Below are positions 52,474 to 58,734 of a DNA stretch of 58,734 nucleotides, one piece after another (position 1 is the stretch's first letter; each line of letters begins with the position of its first letter). This DNA is from Gammaproteobacteria bacterium (GTDB taxonomy: Bacteria; Pseudomonadota; Gammaproteobacteria; Steroidobacterales; PWYM01). The DNA is taken from positions 1 through 58,734 of the forward strand of contig JAFIFN010000005.1 in assembly GCA_020832005.1 (NCBI GenBank), in the 5' to 3' direction. The translations under genes were made by a program, and so were the position numbers. The notes under the pieces were generated by a model. The model searched no databases, was not told the origin of the DNA, and saw only the letters and a list, made by a program, of their open reading frames with translations.

Positions 52474-53745
52474 ATGAATACCGAGGCTCCGGTTGCGGAT
52501 GGGTCGCTACTCCCCGGTCATCCGACTGCCGTGACGGCTGTGAAGACCGCCGCGGGTTTACGTCATGTGCGCTACGAGATTCGTGGCGTACTGGCCCGAC
52601 GTGCCCTGGAGCTCGAGAAGCTCGGCTACGAGATCACCTCGCTCAATATCGGCAATCCCGGGGTATATGGCTTTCGCACCCCGGAGACGATGCGCCTGGC
52701 GATGATCGAAAACCTGCAGATCAGCGAGGGCTACTGCCACCAGAAAGGCATTTTCCCCGCCCGTGAAGCCGTGGTCATGCAACAGCAGACGCGCGGCGTC
52801 ATGACCGCCAGCGCGGACTCGGTGTTCATCGGCAACGGCGTCTCGGAACTCATCGACCTGTGTCTGCGTGCCTTGCTCGATCCGGGCGACGAGGTGTTGA
52901 TCCCCAGCCCCGACTATCCCTTGTGGACGGCGGCCACGGTGCTCAACGGCGGCAAGGCCCTGCACTATCCTTGCCCACCCGACCGCGGCTTCCAGCCGGA
53001 CCTTGCAGCCATCGAGGCGATGATCACGCCGCGCACCCGGGCGATCGTCGTCATCAACCCGAACAATCCCACAGGAGCTGTGTACTCGCTGGAGACCCTG
53101 CTGGGGATTGCCGAGCTGGCAGAGCGCCATCGGTTGGTGGTCCTCAGCGACGAGATCTATGACCACATGACCTACGATGGCGCCGAGTTCGTGCCCATGG
53201 CCACCCTGGTCAATGAAACGCTCTGCGCGACCCTCAGTGGTCTGTCAAAGGTCTATCGCGCCTGCGGCTATCGCGTCGGTTGGGCCTCGTTCAGTGGTGA
53301 CCTGGAAAACGCGCGGGCCTACCTCAACGCACTCGAGCTGCTGGCCTCACTGCGACTGTGCAGCAATGTCCCCGGCCAGTGGGCGGTGCAGACCGCGCTG
53401 GGCGGCTACCAGAGCATTCACGATCTGACCTCGCCGGGCGGCCGGCTCTACGAATCCCGCCAGGCCGTGCTTGACTGTGTTGCGGCCAGCCCGTTTCTGC
53501 AACTGGTGACCCCGCGCGGGGCCATGTATGCCTTCGTGCGCGTGGACCGCGACCGCCTGCCTGACTTCAGCGACCATCGCTTTGCCATGGATCTGCTCGA
53601 GACACGGCACGTGCTGGTGGCACCAGGCACAAGTTTCAACGTGCCCTATGACGATCATTTCCGCATCACCACATTGCCGTCCCCAGCCCTGATCGAGGAG
53701 GTGTTCAGTCGCATCGACGAGGTGCTGGAAAGTTATGTGAAGTAG
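52474..53745 (+). CDS. alaA: class I/II PLP aminotransferase (AlaA/YfbQ-like glutamate-pyruvate aminotransferase)
   Basis: VRYEIRGVLARRALELEKLGYEITSLNIGNPGVYGF..., NPNNPTG and the PLP-lysine block LSGLSKVYRACGYRVGW. Confidence 0.8.
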   Translation: MNTEAPVADGSLLPGHPTAVTAVKTAAGLRHVRYEIRGVLARRALELEKLGYEITSLNIGNPGVYGFRTPETMRLAMIENLQISEGYCHQKGIFPAREAVVMQQQTRGVMTASADSVFIGNGVSELIDLCLRALLDPGDEVLIPSPDYPLWTAATVLNGGKALHYPCPPDRGFQPDLAAIEAMITPRTRAIVVINPNNPTGAVYSLETLLGIAELAERHRLVVLSDEIYDHMTYDGAEFVPMATLVNETLCATLSGLSKVYRACGYRVGWASFSGDLENARAYLNALELLASLRLCSNVPGQWAVQTALGGYQSIHDLTSPGGRLYESRQAVLDCVAASPFLQLVTPRGAMYAFVRVDRDRLPDFSDHRFAMDLLETRHVLVAPGTSFNVPYDDHFRITTLPSPALIEEVFSRIDEVLESYVK

Positions 53746-53774
53746 AGTTTACTTCATTTATATGATGCAACTTA

Positions 53775-56393
53775 TTGTATAATATAATAAATACTCTTTC
53801 TGAGGCTGTCGCCAGCGGTGCGAGCATCGTCGTGCCGAGCGCGCGCCTCGCCCGTCACTACCGGCTGCGCTACGCCCAGGCGCGCGAGGCCGAAGGGCAG
53901 TCGGCCTGGAACGCCCCCGATATCATCGCCTGGGACCACTGGCTGGCACGCCTGTGGCAGCGCGGGCCAGCCACCCGCGCATTGCTCGGACCGATGGTGG
54001 CGACCCGGCGCTGGGAGGCACTGGTCAGTGACGAGGGCGGGCTGACTGCCGACATCGCCCGCACCGCCGTTCTGGCCAGGGAGGCATTACGACTGCTGCG
54101 CCAGTGGCAGTTGCCGGTCCCGGCACTTCGCGAAGGCGGCACGCAGGACTCACGGCGTTTCGCCGAGTGGCTGCAGATGCACGAGGCAGGGTGCTCAGCG
54201 CGCCAGGAACTCGACCCTCTTGACCTTGCCAGTGCCGTTCTGCAAGCGCTGCGTGCCGGGAGCATCCCGGTGCCATCGAGGCAACTGTGGCTGGGCTTCA
54301 CTGCACTGACCCCGCTGGCCTGCGCGATCGCCGAGGTGTGCCGCGCGGCCGGTGCCCGGCTGATCATGCACCCGGGCGGCGAGCATGCCGGCGAGCGGCA
54401 GGTGTTCGCTGCGGCGGACGCGCCGCACGAACTCGCGTGTGCCGCCACATGGCTCGCCAGAGAGCTGGAGCACGAGACCGCCGATGTCGGCCTTGTCGTG
54501 CCGGACCTGGCCAGTCGCCGCGACGAGGTGGAGAGCACGCTGATCCGGCTGCTGGCACCAGGCAGTGCCGATGCGGCCGAGGCGGGCATCAACTTTTCCG
54601 TGGGGCGTGCGCTGGCCGATGAGCCGGTAATCGAATCGGCGCGCCTGCTGCTGGCCGGGTTGGTGGCGCCACTGGACTTCGGCTCGGCCAGCCTGGTATT
54701 GCGCTCGCCTCACATCGCGGCATCGGCAGAAGAACGCGGCGCCCGGGCGCGCCTGGAGCGCCAGCTTCGCGAACTCAACCTCAGTGGTGTCAGGCTTGCC
54801 GGCCTGCAGGCGCACGCCGCCGCAGGTCAGTGTCCGACGCTGGCCACGGCGCTGTCGCAGCTGCTGGCCGAACGCGCCAGCTGGCCGGCGCGGGCCGGTG
54901 CCGCCCAGTGGGGCGTGCTGCTCGACGCTGCGTTGCGCGCCGGCGGTTGGCCAGGCGAGAGCGCACCGCACAGTCGGGTCTTCCAGGCCCTGCAGCGCTG
55001 GCGCGAGACCCTCGGCGAACTTGCCGCCGAGGATGCCGCACTGGGCCAGCTGGATTTCCGGGCCTACCTGAGCGTGCTGTTGCGACAGTTGCGCGAGCGC
55101 CAGTTTCAGCCGCAGCTGCCCGCCGGGCGGCTCGAGGTCATCGGCACGCTGGAGGCGGCCGGTCGCGAGTATACGGCGCTGTGGATCACGGGCCTGACCG
55201 CGGAGCGCTGGCCGCCGCCATTGCGACCGCACCCGCTGCTGCCGGTGGCATTGCAACGCCGCGCGGGACTGCCCCAGGCGGATCCGGCGGCCGGACTGGC
55301 ACACGCGCAAGCCTTGATGGGCGCATTGTGCGCCGCTGCGCCGTCGGTCGTGATGAGCTGGCCACAACGCAGTGACGGCGCCGAGGGCACGGCCAGCCCA
55401 CTGCTTCAGGGTGCGCCACTGGCAGACGGCCTGGAGGCGCGTGGTCATTGGGCGGCGGCGATGCTGTCGGCGCGTCCAACGCTGGTGGTGGCCGCGGATC
55501 CGGCACCGGCACTGCTGGCCGATGAATCCAGGGCCTTCCCGGTGGGCTTGCTGGAACTCCAGCAGCGCTGTCCGCTTGCCGCGTTCGCACGACACCGTCT
55601 GCATGCCCGACCCCTCGAGTCCCCGGTGCCGGCACTCTCCGCGCTGCTGCGTGGCTCGCTGGTGCACCGGCTGCTGGAGCTGTTCTGGCAGCGCCATGGC
55701 AGCGACCAGCGCTGGCGTGAGTTTCCTGACGACGTGCTCGCAGCCGAGGTGAGGGCATGCGCCACAGGCGCGGCGGCAGAGCTGCTGCCCACCGAGGATG
55801 CCTTCGCGCGTGCCGTAGTGGCCGTGGAGATCCAGCGCCAGTGCGGGCTGGTACTTTTGCTGCTGGCGCAGGAGAAACTGCGTCCTGCGTTCATCGTCGA
55901 GCACCTGGAGTATCGGGTGTCATTGACGCTGGGGGACATCCGGCTCTCCGGCCGCGCCGATCGCATCGATCGACTGGACGCCGGCAATACGCTGTTGATC
56001 GACTACAAGAGTGGTCAGCCCAGGCATACCGGCCTGGTGCCGCCGCGACTCGACGCGCCTCAATTGCCGGCCTATGCACTCGTGCTGGGCGAAGAGGTCG
56101 CTGGTATGGGGTTCGTGAGCCTGCGCAGTGATCGCGTGGGCTTCTTCGGCGTCGGCAGCGAGGCGATGACCACGCCCGGGTCATGGCGATCGTGGCGAGT
56201 GCTCTCGCATCAGGAGTGGGCGGAACTGATGGCGACCTGGCGAGCCGAGATCACCGCGCTGGCCGAGGCGTTTGCCGCAGGTGACGCACGCCTCAACCTC
56301 GATGATGTCCAAGCCGCCGCGGGTGATTACGCGGTGTTTACACGAATCCACGAGATCCCCGCAGTCATGGAGCCCAGCGATGGCTACGCCTGA
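53775..56393 (+). CDS. PD-(D/E)XK nuclease family protein, AddB-like partner of the downstream helicase
   Basis: 872 aa with a C-terminal RecB-type nuclease motif GRADRIDRLDAGNTLLIDYKSG. TTG start inside an AT-rich island. It overlaps the downstream UvrD-like gene by 14 nt. Confidence 0.7.
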   Translation: MYNIINTLSEAVASGASIVVPSARLARHYRLRYAQAREAEGQSAWNAPDIIAWDHWLARLWQRGPATRALLGPMVATRRWEALVSDEGGLTADIARTAVLAREALRLLRQWQLPVPALREGGTQDSRRFAEWLQMHEAGCSARQELDPLDLASAVLQALRAGSIPVPSRQLWLGFTALTPLACAIAEVCRAAGARLIMHPGGEHAGERQVFAAADAPHELACAATWLARELEHETADVGLVVPDLASRRDEVESTLIRLLAPGSADAAEAGINFSVGRALADEPVIESARLLLAGLVAPLDFGSASLVLRSPHIAASAEERGARARLERQLRELNLSGVRLAGLQAHAAAGQCPTLATALSQLLAERASWPARAGAAQWGVLLDAALRAGGWPGESAPHSRVFQALQRWRETLGELAAEDAALGQLDFRAYLSVLLRQLRERQFQPQLPAGRLEVIGTLEAAGREYTALWITGLTAERWPPPLRPHPLLPVALQRRAGLPQADPAAGLAHAQALMGALCAAAPSVVMSWPQRSDGAEGTASPLLQGAPLADGLEARGHWAAAMLSARPTLVVAADPAPALLADESRAFPVGLLELQQRCPLAAFARHRLHARPLESPVPALSALLRGSLVHRLLELFWQRHGSDQRWREFPDDVLAAEVRACATGAAAELLPTEDAFARAVVAVEIQRQCGLVLLLLAQEKLRPAFIVEHLEYRVSLTLGDIRLSGRADRIDRLDAGNTLLIDYKSGQPRHTGLVPPRLDAPQLPAYALVLGEEVAGMGFVSLRSDRVGFFGVGSEAMTTPGSWRSWRVLSHQEWAELMATWRAEITALAEAFAAGDARLNLDDVQAAAGDYAVFTRIHEIPAVMEPSDGYA

Positions 56394-58734
56394 CCGGGCA
56401 GTGCGCGAGCGCGCACTGTCCCTGGATGCAAGCTTCATCGTCCAGGCGCCCGCGGGCTCGGGCAAGACCGGTCTGCTCACGCAGCGCCTGCTGCGCCTGC
56501 TCAGCGTCGTTGATCAGCCCGAAGAGATCCTGGCGATCACGTTCACACGCAAGGCGGCTGCCGAGATGCGCGCACGCGTGCTCAAGGCGCTGCATGAGGC
56601 CGATGCGGACAGCGCAGAAGAGCGGTCTGACCACGGCCGGCGCACCCGGGCGCTGGCCCAGGCGGCCTGTCGGCGCAGCGAGGCACAGGGCTGGCAATTG
56701 CTTGCCGACCCCTCGCGTCTGAAGATCATGACCTTCGATGCGCTCAATATCCGCCTGGCCGGCACGCTGCCGCTGACCGCCGGCAGTGCCGTGACCCTGC
56801 AGCCAGTGGAGGATGCTGGCGCGCTGCACCGGGCGGCAGCCCGCGAGGTGCTCGCGCTTGCCGGTGAGGATGATCACGATGGTGCCGCGGTGCGCCTGCT
56901 TCTGGCCCATCTCGACAGTGATGGCCAGCGCTTCATCGATCAGCTGGCAGCCGAACTGGCGCGCCGCGACCAGTGGCTGCGCCACGTACTGGCCGGCACC
57001 CGGGATGCGGACCATCGCGGCGCACTCGAGGCGGCGCTGGGTCGGATGGTCGCCAGTCGGCTGGTCGAGGCCGTCGGGCATTTGCCCGCGCGTTGCGTCG
57101 AGGTGCTGCCGGTGCTGATGACCCAGGCGGCGCGCGAGGCTACCGACGCTGCGGTGGCAGCGCGTTTCGCCAGGCTGCCGGATATTGCGGCCGGACGGCT
57201 TCTGAAGATGCCGCCAGCAGCAGCGGCACATGTCGGCACCTGGCGTGCCGGGGCGGCCTTGCTGCTCACCGGCAAGGGCGATTTGCGCAAGACGATCGAC
57301 AAGCGCTGCGGATTTCCGCCACAGGCCGCCGAGCTGAAGGCACAGGCCGTGTCCTTGCTCGATGCCCTGTCGGCCCAGCCGACGGCGGTCTCGGCCCTGC
57401 AGCAGATCGCCGCGCTGCCTGATCCCGCGCTGGAAGACAGTCAGTGGCAGCTGCTCGAGGCATTGGGCCGGGTGTTGACCCTGGCCAGTGCCGCGTTGCG
57501 CCTGCTCGGCAGTGAACGCGGCGAGACCGATTTCATCGAACTGGCGCTGGCAGCGCAGCGCGCGCTTGGCGAGGCTACCGAACCCAGCGATTTTGCACTG
57601 GCGATGGATTTTCGCCTGCGGCATCTGCTGGTCGATGAATTCCAGGATACCTCGCACGGTCAGTTCGAACTGCTGCGCCGGCTGGTTGCAGGCTGGACGC
57701 CAGGCGACGGCCGTACGCTGTTCTGCGTAGGTGATCCCATGCAGTCGATCTACCGGTTTCGCGAAGCCGATGTCGGCCTGTTCCTGCAGGCCCGTCGCCA
57801 CGGCCTGGGCGGCGTGGCGCTTGAACCCCTGCACCTGACGGCGAACTTCCGCAGTGCGCCGTTGCTGGTCGACTGGGTCAACGAACTGTTTGCAAGACTG
57901 ATGCCCGCGGAAGAGGACCTGGCCACCGGCGCCGCGCCCTATACGCCGGCTGTCGCCGCCTTGTCTGAGGATGCCGGTGCCGCAGCCGAAGTCAGCGTGC
58001 TTCGCAACCCTGACGAGGAGACCACGAAAGTCGTTGACTGGCTGCGCGCTGCGATGCAGAACAGCGATGAAGCGCAAAGTATCGCCGTGCTGGTGCGCAA
58101 CCGGCGGCACATGCAGCGCATTCTGCCTGCGCTGCGCGATGAGGGCCTGCCGGTGGAGGCCATCGCCTTTGAGCCGCTGGCTGACAGCCCGGCGGTTCAG
58201 GACCTGATCGCACTGACGCGCGCGCTCACGCACCTGGATGATCGAGTGGCGTGGCTGGCCGTGCTGCGTTCACCGTGCTTCGGCCTGTCGCTGACCGAGA
58301 TTCACACCCTGGTCTACGACGCGCGCGAGCAGGTCATCCTCGATGTACTGGCAGATGCCGCTCGCCTGGCGCGCCTCGAGGCCGCGACACGCGACCGGGT
58401 CGTGCGCGGCAGAGGGGTGCTGGAACACTGGTTGTCCAGACGTGGCGAACTGCGACTGGCGGCACTCATCGAGGGTTGCTGGCTGGCCCTTGGCGGGCCC
58501 GCAACACTCAGCGATGCGCGCGACCTGGATGACTGTCATGCGCTGCTGCGCAGGATTGCCTCCCTGCAACAGGGCTGCGACCTGCCGGATCCGGCAGAAC
58601 TTCCGGGCCAGCTCGCCCGGCTGTTTCGCGTGCACCCGTCGCCTGCGCGACGCTGTATCCAGGTCATGACCATCCACCACGCCAAGGGCCTGGAGTTCGA
58701 TCATGTCGTCGTGTGTGGCCTCGGCGAGGCCACA
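56380..58734 (+). CDS. UvrD/REP-type helicase, AddA-like (3' end runs off the window)
   Basis: This gene is absent from the ORF track because it has no stop in the window. My translation from the ATG at 56380 reads MATPDRAVRERALSLDASFIVQAPAGSGKTGLLTQR (Walker A) ...LLVDEFQDTS (motif II) ...VGDPMQSIYRFREAD (motif III) ...VMTIHHAKGLEFDHVVV. The minus ORF 56365..58233 is its antisense shadow. Confidence 0.85.
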   Translation, partial: MATPDRAVRERALSLDASFIVQAPAGSGKTGLLTQRLLRLLSVVDQPEEILAITFTRKAAAEMRARVLKALHEADADSAEERSDHGRRTRALAQAACRRSEAQGWQLLADPSRLKIMTFDALNIRLAGTLPLTAGSAVTLQPVEDAGALHRAAAREVLALAGEDDHDGAAVRLLLAHLDSDGQRFIDQLAAELARRDQWLRHVLAGTRDADHRGALEAALGRMVASRLVEAVGHLPARCVEVLPVLMTQAAREATDAAVAARFARLPDIAAGRLLKMPPAAAAHVGTWRAGAALLLTGKGDLRKTIDKRCGFPPQAAELKAQAVSLLDALSAQPTAVSALQQIAALPDPALEDSQWQLLEALGRVLTLASAALRLLGSERGETDFIELALAAQRALGEATEPSDFALAMDFRLRHLLVDEFQDTSHGQFELLRRLVAGWTPGDGRTLFCVGDPMQSIYRFREADVGLFLQARRHGLGGVALEPLHLTANFRSAPLLVDWVNELFARLMPAEEDLATGAAPYTPAVAALSEDAGAAAEVSVLRNPDEETTKVVDWLRAAMQNSDEAQSIAVLVRNRRHMQRILPALRDEGLPVEAIAFEPLADSPAVQDLIALTRALTHLDDRVAWLAVLRSPCFGLSLTEIHTLVYDAREQVILDVLADAARLARLEAATRDRVVRGRGVLEHWLSRRGELRLAALIEGCWLALGGPATLSDARDLDDCHALLRRIASLQQGCDLPDPAELPGQLARLFRVHPSPARRCIQVMTIHHAKGLEFDHVVVCGLGEAT

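Noticed and set aside
54195-58233. Minus-strand ORFs 54195..55904 (569 aa) and 56365..58233 (622 aa)
   Set aside because: Antisense to the AddB-like and AddA-like genes. The + strand shows the nuclease and UvrD helicase motifs, whereas the minus translations are Arg/Gln/Gly-rich and lack motifs.
1-58734. Search for CRISPR arrays, tRNA/rRNA genes, IS elements, integrases, phage or toxin-antitoxin/defence genes
   Set aside because: I saw no regularly spaced direct repeats. No tRNA T-loop-like GGTTCGAATCC occurs in intergenic DNA. No transposase, integrase or phage-like translation appears in any listed ORF. The window looks like core or accessory metabolic chromosome rather than a mobile or defence island. 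This was a by-eye scan, so small elements could have been missed.

Overview
GC-rich (by eye well above 60 %) proteobacterial chromosomal segment with about 60 protein-coding genes. I recognised no rRNA, tRNA, CRISPR array, transposase, integrase or phage gene. From left to right the window holds the following. (1) A PLP dehydratase that runs off the left edge, then a histidine-phosphatase / quinone-oxidoreductase / SDR operon and a divergent acyl-CoA dehydrogenase. (2) A complete Vibrio TonB2-type six-gene energy-transduction cluster: DUF3450, a long MotA/ExbB-like protein, ExbB, ExbD, TonB and a TPR protein. (3) A lone [2Fe-2S] ferredoxin, a TauE/SafE permease and an O-methyltransferase. (4) A divergent catabolic locus combining hydantoinase HyuA/HyuB, an HMG-CoA-lyase-like enzyme, a family III CoA-transferase, an N-carbamoylsarcosine-amidase-like cysteine hydrolase and a VOC-like protein. 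(5) GntR(FCD) and IclR regulators, followed by a block of redox and detoxification genes, two ABC permeases without partners, an aldehyde dehydrogenase, and TRAP dctQM fused into an operon with a Prx5 peroxiredoxin. (6) An MFS pump, etfBA and sseA. (7) A LysR-associated oxidoreductase island that includes an orphan TRAP dctP. (8) An uncharacterised four-gene operon. (9) An alaA-like aminotransferase and an AddB/AddA-like nuclease-helicase pair that runs off the right edge. I found no obvious defence-like or mobile system. Five signals are not explained by routine annotation. (a) A family of about 220-aa six-TM membrane proteins is present in three diverged copies, each attached to a different catabolic module. 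(b) The palindrome TTGTATACAA (GntR/FadR-operator shape) recurs only in intergenic regions, in front of several of these operons. (c) An unknown roughly 225-247-aa protein occurs in two copies, each translationally linked to an SDR. (d) HyuA carries a lysine-rich, histone-H1-like C-terminal tail. (e) The transporters are split or incomplete. All family assignments rest on motifs read in the translations; no database search was run.
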